From a virus, in IMG/VR virus record IMGVR_UViG_3300010279_000002, positions 1-51,070 of that record: DNA of 51,070 nt; one strand, given 5' to 3'. Of this stretch, positions 43,401-50,947 are shown one piece after another (position 1 is the first letter of the stretch; every line of letters starts with the position of its first letter). The position numbers and the translations under genes were made by a program. The notes beneath the pieces are model-generated. The model was not told the DNA's origin, searched no databases, and was given only the letters and a program-made list of their open reading frames with translations.

Positions 43401-45205
43401 GGGTCGGTTCTGGTTCGTGGAGTTCGGCAATCAAGATTGTCGGCGAAAATGGTCAAGATGGTCAAGACGGGCAGGATGGCGCGGATGGTTCACATACATC
43501 ATTTGTGTTCCAAGCTGCGGAATCACAACCGGCGAAGCCGACAAGCACTTTACCAATTCCATCCGGATGGGATGATGAACCGCCTATTTGCGACATCGTT
43601 TCACCGACATACACCGGAAATTGGGTTGTCAACGGAAAGACCTTGACATCAAACGCAATCAGTCATTCCGGGTCAACTTGGGAAAAGATTCAGATCGTGA
43701 CCACAAAGGAGAACACCAAAGTGATGGTTCGAATCTTCGCTTCATCAGAAGCCAACTATGACTTTGGTTACATCTGTCCGCTTGATACGGCACAAAGCAC
43801 ATCAAATTACCTTGCAAGGGTGTCCGGTGTGCAAAGCGCACTTGTGACCATCAACATTCCGACATCCGGAACACACTATTTCTATGTTGGGTATACCAAG
43901 GATGGTTCAGGCACGGGAAATGATGACAAGATTGTCGTGAAGATTCTTGACACACCAAGAACTTGGATGACTTGCGCGGTTGTTTCTGCAAGTGGCGTTG
44001 CTGGAACTTGGACAACACCGGTTCTTCTTTCCGGGCAAGATGGAAACAACGGAAACGATGGTCGTGACGGACGGGATGGCAAATCACCATCATCACCATA
44101 TCGCGGAGAATATGCAAGCACCACCACATATTATGGGTGCGACTATCGTTGTGATGTGGTCAAATACCAAGGCGCATATTATCGTGCCAGACCGGATGCG
44201 CCGCAATCACCTTTTATCGGCGTATTGCCGACCAATACTTCATATTGGGAACAGTTTGGTGCAAGTTATGAGAACATTGCGACCGGCTTGTTACTTGCCG
44301 AGGAAGCCAACATTGCGAATTTCTTGTTCCGCAACGGCGACATGGTGTCCCAATCCGGTAAAAGCGGAGCGGAAGATTTGAAGTTGGATGGCAAGAATGG
44401 CGTGATAATTTTGGGCGGCGGTCTGATGAGATTGACGAAAGACTCGTTGCGAATGTTCTCGGATGGTGTCACGAAAGTCTCGATACAGAATGTCTCGGTC
44501 GGTGACTATGACCAAACACTCCTTAAAGCATCGGAAACCCTTTCCGGTAATGTTTCTTCACAACAACATTCGCTATATATACCATCAACTTCTGGTGCAT
44601 ACACACTTTCAGCGACGGTGTTGAACAAGAATCTTGGCGTATTGGACGTGGGCGACCAAATTACATTCACGCAAGCCGACATATTAATCTACGTTCCGCA
44701 GATTGCATCCGCAGAAAACGTAACCATGTCTTTTTCGTCACCTGTATTCATTATCGAATTGTTATCTAATGGCAATGTTATACGCACCGCATATATATCA
44801 GGCGGCAAGACCATAACATCCGGGGAGTCCTTAATGTTATCGCTTCCGTCGGTATCGGCATTCAACCATATTGTGTCAGCCGAAGACGTTGGCTCTTATG
44901 CGATAAGAATTCGTACAGCGGCCTCAAGTTCCATTCGTGTATCGTGTTCCAAGGCTGGCATTGTTCTTACCATCCCCATCACACTTACGTTGTCCATGTC
45001 GGTCGCAAAGTCCAATTTTGAAAAAACCATCATTGGCAATGATGGTATCCTGATGACATTCGGCGATGGTGCATTGGCAAATAGTGGATATTTGATTTTC
45101 AATAAAAAAAACTTCGCGGTTGGCTTTGGTGATCGTTTGTTCATGATTGATGCCGGTGGTATGTATAAAAGTATGGATGGAGGAAAGACATTGAATGAAA
45201 TATGA
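40436..45205 (+). CDS. Tail-associated (Tal-like) / tail fibre protein with four collagen-like Gly-X-Y segments
   Basis: About 1590 aa from the ATG at 40436. The N-terminus resembles a phage minor structural/tail endopeptidase-type domain. The collagen runs are GAKGDKGDK..., GEKGDPGEDGANG, GENGQDGQDGQDGADG and GQDGNNGNDGRDGRDGKS. Confidence 0.8.
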   Translation: MRQITVNKPNGSTIQLSNKELPCTIVSARQEWTLNGGDLVKVTVKSAVTLDLGIGDSISVFGRIYKMNRLPKITKTKTHLLQYECEYEGIQYDLLRVTYDLTVETTSNTLQDVSGDSFTGNLQAFMRILIANANRVFPGGWSLGVCPDTDVETRTFGESDNCLSVLQDLCDKHDLQFEIVHSGGKATINIKQVGQILPYTFQYGKGKGLYSLTRENVSSSNIITRLKVRGSADNITNKYRSDRLLLPGKSKSTSYIEDATAIAKYGVYEATKIFDIKPTFTGHVETVSSILEFVDTSVTFDLNAVDGQGQTIYLLPGVAAVIHFNSGNLAGYEFEIAKYDHATHKFKLKKYTDARGAVFPSETSTAFQFAAGDEYKILQITLPDALITAAENRLLEEAEIYYNQNSQPKVKYSLSIAKEYLENLVGGSGTIVNVFTPGDYLPIKDDDIGVDKSVRIKSFERDLIEEYKYNLTISDTVTTAMINRVISGLTEIDKIIKFNDLQDPARARANWRTSRELLDMVFDSEGDYYTEKIKPLSIDTQLLSVGAKSMQFGLVGTVFEPNFGGNKNSMKVTGGTLVHYTIDVQQAVSWTLANNTFTFQNDSDAFYIYAKCSRTTNAGTILFSTQQIPCESEPDYYHFWIGVLHAVDSETGVRDISLSYGFTMINGRYITTGRIQSADGKNYIDLDENKIRFGNDSCYIDWNVTRNGQFSMRNVKIVSGSGESYDIPVYRGDWKDTTMYYSGDTVTYSDGTSSATYMYINSTPTIGHLVTETAYWKPYASGGAKGDKGDKGDKGDKGDKGDKGDKGDNGDNGGKGDAGDDGQSSFKSIVFKRSSTTPTTPTGGSYLSPVPSGWSDGVPSGEAQLWMSTRIFTSDGLTPQQNAWTTPRQVTDTADIDFEFSAIGSNPGNPTSNPSNWHNTATASDIWMAVRKCKNGTWGSWEVSKIKGEKGDPGEDGANGSSIEVQFSVNGTSSWHATFQTGDKYMRERVGSGSWSSAIKIVGENGQDGQDGQDGADGSHTSFVFQAAESQPAKPTSTLPIPSGWDDEPPICDIVSPTYTGNWVVNGKTLTSNAISHSGSTWEKIQIVTTKENTKVMVRIFASSEANYDFGYICPLDTAQSTSNYLARVSGVQSALVTINIPTSGTHYFYVGYTKDGSGTGNDDKIVVKILDTPRTWMTCAVVSASGVAGTWTTPVLLSGQDGNNGNDGRDGRDGKSPSSPYRGEYASTTTYYGCDYRCDVVKYQGAYYRARPDAPQSPFIGVLPTNTSYWEQFGASYENIATGLLLAEEANIANFLFRNGDMVSQSGKSGAEDLKLDGKNGVIILGGGLMRLTKDSLRMFSDGVTKVSIQNVSVGDYDQTLLKASETLSGNVSSQQHSLYIPSTSGAYTLSATVLNKNLGVLDVGDQITFTQADILIYVPQIASAENVTMSFSSPVFIIELLSNGNVIRTAYISGGKTITSGESLMLSLPSVSAFNHIVSAEDVGSYAIRIRTAASSSIRVSCSKAGIVLTIPITLTLSMSVAKSNFEKTIIGNDGILMTFGDGALANSGYLIFNKKNFAVGFGDRLFMIDAGGMYKSMDGGKTLNEI
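42791..42844 (+). repeat. Six perfect tandem copies of GGTGACAAG (Gly-Asp-Lys)
   Basis: Read directly. The run is flanked by degenerate 9-mers out to about 42904. Confidence 0.9.
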
Positions 45206-45224
45206 TTGAGTATCCGGGTAATTT

Positions 45225-45239
45225 GTGTTATATTAACAC
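45225..45239 (+). promoter_or_regulatory. 15-bp element GTGTTATATTAACAC, copy D (also a weak terminator stem)
   Basis: Perfect gtgtta-N3-taacac, followed by GTTTTTATT and then a -7 box 8 nt downstream. Confidence 0.45.
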
Positions 45240-45247
45240 GTTTTTAT

Positions 45248-45255
45248 TAACTTTG
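45248..45255 (+). promoter_or_regulatory. Candidate -7 box TAACTTTG for the DGR cassette
   Basis: Matches TAnnTTTG, 21 bp upstream of the ATG at 45276. Confidence 0.45.
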
Positions 45256-45275
45256 CAAATAAACTAATTTTCATT

Positions 45276-45551
45276 ATGTGTAACACTCGTAGCGGTGAAA
45301 TGGTTTCACCACAAATTGCGCGAATGGGTTTAATAAGTAATCTTGGAAAGAAAGACTTCCAGATGGCTGACGGAACAGCATTCAACATCAAGAATGATGG
45401 AAATTCGGCGGTTATGCTTGAAGTGCAGCTTGCCGGGATGGGTGACAACGAAACCGTCACCACATTGTTCGAAGTAGGGTGGAATCCTGAAATTGTCAAA
45501 GCGGTGAAGCAAACTTCATTGTCATCGTTAAACTTAAAATGGGGGTACTAA
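45276..45551 (+). CDS. Hypothetical protein, first gene of the DGR cassette
   Basis: 91 aa and beta-rich. Its stop lies 1 nt before the target-gene ATG. It does not resemble Avd. Confidence 0.5.
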   Translation: MCNTRSGEMVSPQIARMGLISNLGKKDFQMADGTAFNIKNDGNSAVMLEVQLAGMGDNETVTTLFEVGWNPEIVKAVKQTSLSSLNLKWGY

Positions 45552-45552
45552 T

Positions 45553-46866
45553 ATGGGACTTGTCATTGGAATCGGCGATGCGAAGCCAAAATTCGCATAC
45601 GATTACTATTATGGCATTGAGTGGGATGCGACCGTCTCCAATCCGAACCCGACACGAATCGGCAAGGATGAATTGCATCAGTCTCTCCCGCTTCAATGCC
45701 TGATGCGCCGGTGCATCCTCAATGATGACGGCACGGTCAATTACTATCTTCATGCCAATGATTCCACGAAACGGGACAATGGCGTGGCCGCAAATCTTGA
45801 TGGCTCCGATGGTCAGTATATGGTGGATTTGCCGGACATGTATGTCCGCTTTGAAACCGATGGTGACAAATCGCGTTGCCTGATGTCCGAACACCCGCTT
45901 CCGGGGTTCACCCTTTGGGGCAGGGACTTTGTTTCGGCCGTGGAAGCAACCGTGCAGAGAAGCACACACAAACTTGCTGCCGTGGTGAACACCGATGCGG
46001 ATTATCGCGGCGGTGGCAACAATGAGGCATGGGATGGGACATACCGTTCAATGCTGGGGACGCCCGCAACGGGAATATCGCTTACCAATTTCAGGGCTTA
46101 TGCCCGAAATCGCGGCTCCGTAAATTGGAATTGCAACACCTATCACATCCATCGCAAGCTGTGGTGGCTCTTTGCTGTGGAATACGCCACATTTAATTCG
46201 CAAAAGGCATTCAAGGCGGAACTTGATGCGAATGGCCATCATCAGGGTGGTTTGGGCAGTGGTGTCACGACACTCAATTCATCCAAGTGGAATGCCTTTA
46301 ATGGCTATTATCCATTTGTCCCTTGCGGTATTACAAATGAATTGGGCAATCATACCGGCAACGTGGATTACACCATGCCGGAAGAATATGATACCACTAC
46401 AACCGTGGTTCATGTCCCGTCTTATCGTGGCGTGGAAAATCCCTTTGGCCACATTTGGAAGTGGACGGATGGTTGCAAGTGTCTGATTCAGTCGGAATCC
46501 GATGGCGGCAAGTCGCTTTTCTATGTGTGCGATGATGTTTCCAGCTTCACAAGTTCGGGCATCGCAAACTATGAGTTGCGCGGCGAACTTCCGAGGATAG
46601 AGGGATATGTCAAGGCAATATGTTTGGGTGAACATGGTGAAATCATGCCATCGGCAGTTGGTGCCGGTTCAACCACATATTTCTGCGATTACTTCTATAC
46701 ATCCATTCCGTCAAGTGGTGTGAGTGAGCGCGGCGTGTTGTTCGGCGGTTATGCGGCTTGTGGTGCGTCTGCGGGCTTCGTGTGTGCGTATACGTATTAC
46801 GCGGCTTCGAATACGGTTGCGGATATCGGTTCTCGGCTTTGCTATTCCGCAAATCGGGCGGCCTAA
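45553..46866 (+). CDS. DGR target protein 1 (437 aa) with C-terminal variable region; C-type-lectin/FGE-like fold expected
   Basis: The C-terminus ...GVLFGGYAACGASAGFVCAYTYYAASNTVADIGSRLCYS is encoded by VR1. Confidence 0.85.
   Translation: MGLVIGIGDAKPKFAYDYYYGIEWDATVSNPNPTRIGKDELHQSLPLQCLMRRCILNDDGTVNYYLHANDSTKRDNGVAANLDGSDGQYMVDLPDMYVRFETDGDKSRCLMSEHPLPGFTLWGRDFVSAVEATVQRSTHKLAAVVNTDADYRGGGNNEAWDGTYRSMLGTPATGISLTNFRAYARNRGSVNWNCNTYHIHRKLWWLFAVEYATFNSQKAFKAELDANGHHQGGLGSGVTTLNSSKWNAFNGYYPFVPCGITNELGNHTGNVDYTMPEEYDTTTTVVHVPSYRGVENPFGHIWKWTDGCKCLIQSESDGGKSLFYVCDDVSSFTSSGIANYELRGELPRIEGYVKAICLGEHGEIMPSAVGAGSTTYFCDYFYTSIPSSGVSERGVLFGGYAACGASAGFVCAYTYYAASNTVADIGSRLCYSANRAA
46730..46843 (+). repeat. 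DGR variable region 1 (VR1)
   Basis: 114-bp ungapped alignment with TR. There are 17 mismatches, every one at a TR adenine. Confidence 0.9.
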
Positions 46867-46940
46867 ATCGGCGCGAAGCGCACAAATCGAAATGTGACAT
46901 TTTGAGTGTGGAATGAAAAAGAAAGGGTTGTCCGGTGTCG

Positions 46941-47054
46941 GCGGCGTGTTGTTCGGCGGTAATGCGAATAATGGTGCGAATGCGGGCTTCGTGTATGCGA
47001 ATACGAATAACACGGCTTCGAATACGAATGCGAATATCGGTTCTCAGCTATGCT
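46941..47054 (+). repeat. DGR template repeat (TR)
   Basis: 114 bp containing 27 adenines, mostly in AAT/AAC codons (…GGNANNGANAGFVYANTNNTASNTNANIGSQLC). It lies between the target gene and the RT. Confidence 0.9.
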
Positions 47055-47207
47055 TGTAAAAATATAGTGCATACCGGAAACCTTGCCACAAAAACAATCT
47101 AATGGGGATTGAATGAGTTGAGCAATCAACGGCAAAAGATTACATACCGAAAAACGGCTTTGGTAATGCCATAAGGCCATGAAGAAGCCTATTATTCAAG
47201 CAAACCA

Positions 47208-48239
47208 ATGAAGCGAATTGCGAACCTCTTTGATAAGGTCATAAGCCTTGAAAACTTGCGCCTTGCGGATGACAAAGCCCGCAAGGGCAAGTTGAAGTCT
47301 TATGGTGTCCGCATCCATGACAAGAACCGGGATGCGAACTTGTTGCATTTGCATGATGAATTGGTGAACGGTACATTTCACACTTCAAAATATCACATCT
47401 TCACCATCTTTGAGCCGAAAGAAAGGCAGATATTCCGATTGCCTTACTATCCTGACAGAATCTTGCATCATGCCATCATGAATGTGATGGAACCGATTTG
47501 GGTGGGAATCTTCAACGGCGACACCTATTCTTGCATCAAGAACCGGGGAATCCATGCTTGTGCAAGGGCGGTGCGCTATGCATTGAAAACCGACCCCAAA
47601 GGAACAGTCTATTGCCTGAAAATGGACATCCGCAAGTTCTATCCATCCATTGACCATGACATCCTGAAAAGCATCGTGCGCCGGAAGCTGAAAGATGAAA
47701 GGCTTTTGGCATTGCTTGATGAAATCATTGATTCCGTGCCGGCGGGTGTTCCCATCGGCAACTACCTTTCCCAATACTTTGCCAATCTTTATTTGGCGTA
47801 TTTCGACCATTGGTTGAAAGAAAGGAAAGGTGTCAAGCATTATTTCCGGTATGCCGATGACATCGTGATTCTATCTGATGACAAGGATTTCTTGCATTCA
47901 CTCTTGCATGATATCCGCGCCTATCTTCGTGACAATCTGAAATTGAAAGTCAAGAAGAATTATCAGGTGTTCCCGGTTGATGCGCGTGGAATTGACTTCG
48001 TAGGTTATGTGTTCCGTCACACCCATACAAGGTTGCGCAAATCCATCAAACAGGCACTTTGCCGCCGGGTGGCGATTCTCAACAAGAGAAAGATTGTGCC
48101 TACAATGGAGAAGTACAAGCAGCAAATATGTTCGTGGTGGGGCTGGTGCAAATACTGCAACTCAATCAATCTTTTGAACAAACTTTCTAAATCATTTCCT
48201 TATGAGATTAAATTCGTTAGAGCCAAACACCCATTATGA
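47208..48239 (+). CDS. DGR reverse transcriptase
   Basis: 343 aa. Contains the RT motifs, including PIGNYLSQYFANLYL (the DGR-type [I/L]GxxxSQ motif) and FRYADDIVIL (YADD). Confidence 0.9.
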   Translation: MKRIANLFDKVISLENLRLADDKARKGKLKSYGVRIHDKNRDANLLHLHDELVNGTFHTSKYHIFTIFEPKERQIFRLPYYPDRILHHAIMNVMEPIWVGIFNGDTYSCIKNRGIHACARAVRYALKTDPKGTVYCLKMDIRKFYPSIDHDILKSIVRRKLKDERLLALLDEIIDSVPAGVPIGNYLSQYFANLYLAYFDHWLKERKGVKHYFRYADDIVILSDDKDFLHSLLHDIRAYLRDNLKLKVKKNYQVFPVDARGIDFVGYVFRHTHTRLRKSIKQALCRRVAILNKRKIVPTMEKYKQQICSWWGWCKYCNSINLLNKLSKSFPYEIKFVRAKHPL

Positions 48240-48585
48240 TGTGGTGAATGGCCGGCCGCTTGCCATCGAAAGAGACAATGACGGTTCAACCATCATCCGT
48301 TTCAACATCACCGAGAAAACGGAAGTGCCGGAGGGCAAGAAGAAAGCCGAATTGGTGGGGTACAATTGCCGGGAAATCCGCATTTGGGATGCCCCCACAA
48401 AGGTGAATATCAAGCGGGCATTCATCCGTTCCGTCATTGATGAATCGGCCGAATTTGACCTTGTGAACTCCTACAACAAGCACATCTTGGCAATCCGTCA
48501 GGATGATGCCGCCGTGGAAGAATACAAGGAGTTTTTGGCATTCACCGAGGATGTGGATGCGGCCATCCTTGAAATGTTGAACTAA
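48202..48585 (+). CDS. Hypothetical protein
   Basis: 127-aa ORF that overlaps the RT 3' end by 38 nt. Confidence 0.45.
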   Translation: MRLNSLEPNTHYDVVNGRPLAIERDNDGSTIIRFNITEKTEVPEGKKKAELVGYNCREIRIWDAPTKVNIKRAFIRSVIDESAEFDLVNSYNKHILAIRQDDAAVEEYKEFLAFTEDVDAAILEMLN

Positions 48586-48599
48586 AACATGGACGGCCT

Positions 48600-48971
48600 A
48601 TGCGATTTAGTGAACTTGGCATCACTTCCGATGTAATCATCGGCAAGGGTATTGACATGGATGAACTCTTTGGAAAAAGGATTCTCATTGAAAAGACCCT
48701 CATAAAGCCGTCAAATTTTCCGGGCAAGAATACATCGGGGTTGAGGATGCAGATGCAAGTGGTTCTTGCTTCATTTGAGGATGAGCCGGATGCAAACGGG
48801 GATTTCTACAAGAAGAATGCGGATTGAACGCCATGTGGCGAAAGGCGGTCATGTTTCACCGGGTCAGACAACTTGATTGCGGCCATCCAAGAAGCGGAAT
48901 CAAAGGGCATCGGCATTTATCCATTGGACACTACAATCGTAAAGGTCGGAAAGTGTTTTCAATTTACCTGA
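48600..48971 (+). pseudogene. Small ORF interrupted by one in-frame TGA (48825..48827)
   Basis: 75 codons, then TGA, then 47 further sense codons in the same frame (TPCGERRSCFTGSDNLIAAIQEAESKGIGIYPLDTTIVKVGKCFQFT), ending at TGA 48969..48971. No other ORF covers 48828..48971. Confidence 0.45.
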
Positions 48972-48977
48972 AAAGTG

Positions 48978-49562
48978 ATGATACCTTTCAATGATTTCGG
49001 TTTGACAATCCGCGCCAAGATTGTCCAAGGCCTTTCAAGCATCATCGGCGGTCTGGTGATTGCGTTTGAGACGAGCGTAGTCTTTCTCATCCCGTGCCTG
49101 ATCGCCGTGGGGCTTGATGTGATAACGGCCTACAATCTTGGGCAGCGTGTTCACCGGAAATACCCCGGTCAATCGGACGGGAAGTTCAAGTCTGTCCACA
49201 AGTCCCAAATCATGTACACGATGATAACCATCTTCCTGTGCATCATGCTCGCGGCCTATGTGGACACGCTTGTCCTGATAAGCGGCAATGGTTTTGCCGT
49301 CCGTTTCGTGGTGGGCGTTTTCCTTTTTTATGAAGTTTGGTCTTGCCTTGAAAATTGGTCAAGCGAGAATGACAACAAGATTGCTAAAGCCTTGCAGCGC
49401 ATCATGGTGAACAAGATCGAAAGGCATCTTGATGTTCCGCTTTCCGACATACTCACACCGGATGACAAGAAGCCGGAACACCCCGGACATCATCATGGCA
49501 AGCCCGGACATGATGACAACAACAATGTAAATTCCGAAGATTATGATGAACGACAGGATTAA
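48978..49562 (+). CDS. Holin (holin_tox_secr-like) with a His-rich C-terminal tail
   Basis: Three to four TM helices, the motif FYEVWSCLENWSSEN, and the tail PEHPGHHHGKPGHDDNNN. It lies directly upstream of the amidase. Confidence 0.65.
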   Translation: MIPFNDFGLTIRAKIVQGLSSIIGGLVIAFETSVVFLIPCLIAVGLDVITAYNLGQRVHRKYPGQSDGKFKSVHKSQIMYTMITIFLCIMLAAYVDTLVLISGNGFAVRFVVGVFLFYEVWSCLENWSSENDNKIAKALQRIMVNKIERHLDVPLSDILTPDDKKPEHPGHHHGKPGHDDNNNVNSEDYDERQD

Positions 49563-50145
49563 GGTTCTTTTGGACAATGGCCACGGGATCGACACGGCCG
49601 GGAAAAGAAGCCCGGATGGGAAATTGCGTGAATATGATTGGAACAGAAAGACCGCGAATGTAACCCTTTCCATTCTGAAAGAAAGGGGCGTGGATGTGGA
49701 ATTGGTAGTTCCTGAAATTACTGATATTCCCCTTTCCGAAAGATGTTCCCGTGCCAATGCCATCGCAAGGGCTTGCGGGGCATCGAATGTGGTTTATGTG
49801 TCCATTCATGTCAATGCCGCCGGCAATGGCAAACAGTGGATGAATGCCCATGGGTGGTCTGTATTCGTGTACGACAAGCCGTCATCCAAGTCGGTGATGC
49901 TTGCCAATGCACTTTTTGACAAGGCAGCGGAAAAGGGGATCAAGACAAGAAAGCCCGAAGCCTTGAAGAAATATTGGAATGCCAATTTCGCCGTGTTGCG
50001 GCAGACGGTATGCCCGGCCGTTCTGGTCGAACATTTCTTCATGGACAACCGGGATGATTGCGCATATCTTCTTACGGAAAAATCCGTGCGTGAATGCGCG
50101 GAAGTCCTTGCGGATGGAATCGTTCAATACATCAACAATCTTTGA
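49543..50145 (+). CDS. N-acetylmuramoyl-L-alanine amidase (endolysin)
   Basis: LLDNGHGIDTAGKRSP...VSIHVNAAG...AVLVEHFFMDN is an Amidase_3-like pattern. Confidence 0.85.
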   Translation: MMNDRIKVLLDNGHGIDTAGKRSPDGKLREYDWNRKTANVTLSILKERGVDVELVVPEITDIPLSERCSRANAIARACGASNVVYVSIHVNAAGNGKQWMNAHGWSVFVYDKPSSKSVMLANALFDKAAEKGIKTRKPEALKKYWNANFAVLRQTVCPAVLVEHFFMDNRDDCAYLLTEKSVRECAEVLADGIVQYINNL

Positions 50146-50146
50146 A

Positions 50147-50728
50147 ATGAAAAGGCTTATATTGATGATGTCGCTTTGTCTCATGGTGGCGGGGTGCGGA
50201 ACATCCCGCCATTTGAGCAAGCACAAGATTGAATCCGTCCGTGACAGTTCCCATGTGGAGACATCCAAGACGTACAAGACCGAGACATTCACGGACACAA
50301 GCAAGACCGAATCAGGGAAAGTGACAATCACGGTAATCGAGTTTTTCCAGCCGGCATCGGGTGACAGCTTGCGCAACCATGCCGCCGACATCCCGGCCAC
50401 GGACATCAATTTGCAGAACATCGGAAACATCACAAATGCCGGGGCGGTCAAGAGCATCCGCCAAAAGGTCATTGAATCTGAATCAGTGCAGAAAGGGGAA
50501 AGCCGCGAATCAGAGGAAAAGGATGAATCCGGGATGGAAACATCGGTTGCGGTCAAGACGGATGAATCAGTGGTGGAAAAGGTTATTGAAGCCCCGAAGC
50601 CGAACCGGGTGAAATATGTCTTTTATCTTGCCTTGCTTGCGGTCGGGGTGCTTGCATATTTCAAGCGCGTGCCGATTCTCAATGCAATCCGGAAAATCCT
50701 TGCCGGGGTGAGGAAGTTGCTTTCCTGA
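50147..50728 (+). CDS. Unimolecular-spanin-like lipoprotein with a C-terminal TM anchor
   Basis: MKRLILMMSLCLMVAGCG is a lipobox signal. The C-terminal helix is YVFYLALLAVGVLAYF. It is the last gene of the lysis cassette. Confidence 0.5.
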   Translation: MKRLILMMSLCLMVAGCGTSRHLSKHKIESVRDSSHVETSKTYKTETFTDTSKTESGKVTITVIEFFQPASGDSLRNHAADIPATDINLQNIGNITNAGAVKSIRQKVIESESVQKGESRESEEKDESGMETSVAVKTDESVVEKVIEAPKPNRVKYVFYLALLAVGVLAYFKRVPILNAIRKILAGVRKLLS

Positions 50729-50736
50729 AAAATCGC

Positions 50737-50744
50737 TATCTTTG
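50737..50744 (+). promoter_or_regulatory. Candidate -7 box TATCTTTG
   Basis: Matches TAnnTTTG, 9 bp after the spanin stop. Confidence 0.3.
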
Positions 50745-50790
50745 CAGTCACATTGTTGCGGCCGTGGAGTTGCACCACGGTTAAATGTAG

Positions 50791-50823
50791 GAATCCGGGG
50801 ATTGTTGCCCCCGGGTTCTTTTT
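50791..50823 (+). terminator. Strong rho-independent terminator
   Basis: gaatccgggg / ccccgggttc stem of about 10 bp with an 8-nt loop, followed by TTTTT. Confidence 0.7.
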
Positions 50824-50892
50824 GTAAATGGCCGTGATTTTGCGGATGGTTACGAATGGACTTACAAAAGAGAACACCCCCAAAAGAGGTGT

Positions 50893-50916
50893 TTTTCGTG
50901 TGCAAATTCGTGTACA
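50893..50916 (+). repeat. Tandem TTTCGTGTGCA / AATTCGTGTACA repeats; candidate integrase arm-type sites
   Basis: caaattcgtgtaca at 50903..50916 matches the 142..166 repeats. A degenerate copy lies immediately upstream. Confidence 0.4.
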
Positions 50917-50947
50917 CAAAAGTTAAGTCATTGAAAATCAATGACGG

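Noticed and set aside
46913-47059. 48-codon ATG-initiated ORF covering the TR
   Set aside because: Its sequence is simply the TR image of the target C-terminus. It is treated as the DGR template RNA, not as a protein gene.
48825-48827. Selenocysteine or genome-wide TGA recoding as an explanation for the in-frame TGA
   Set aside because: All other long genes terminate and read normally under the standard code. I see only a weak 4-bp hairpin downstream rather than a convincing SECIS-like element. A mutation, a sequencing error or local read-through is more likely.
50729-50947. tRNA or tmRNA fragment at the att region
   Set aside because: No cloverleaf, T-loop (GGTTCGAATCC-like) or CCA-end pattern could be recognised by eye. 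No tRNA genes were seen anywhere in the window, and no CRISPR arrays either.
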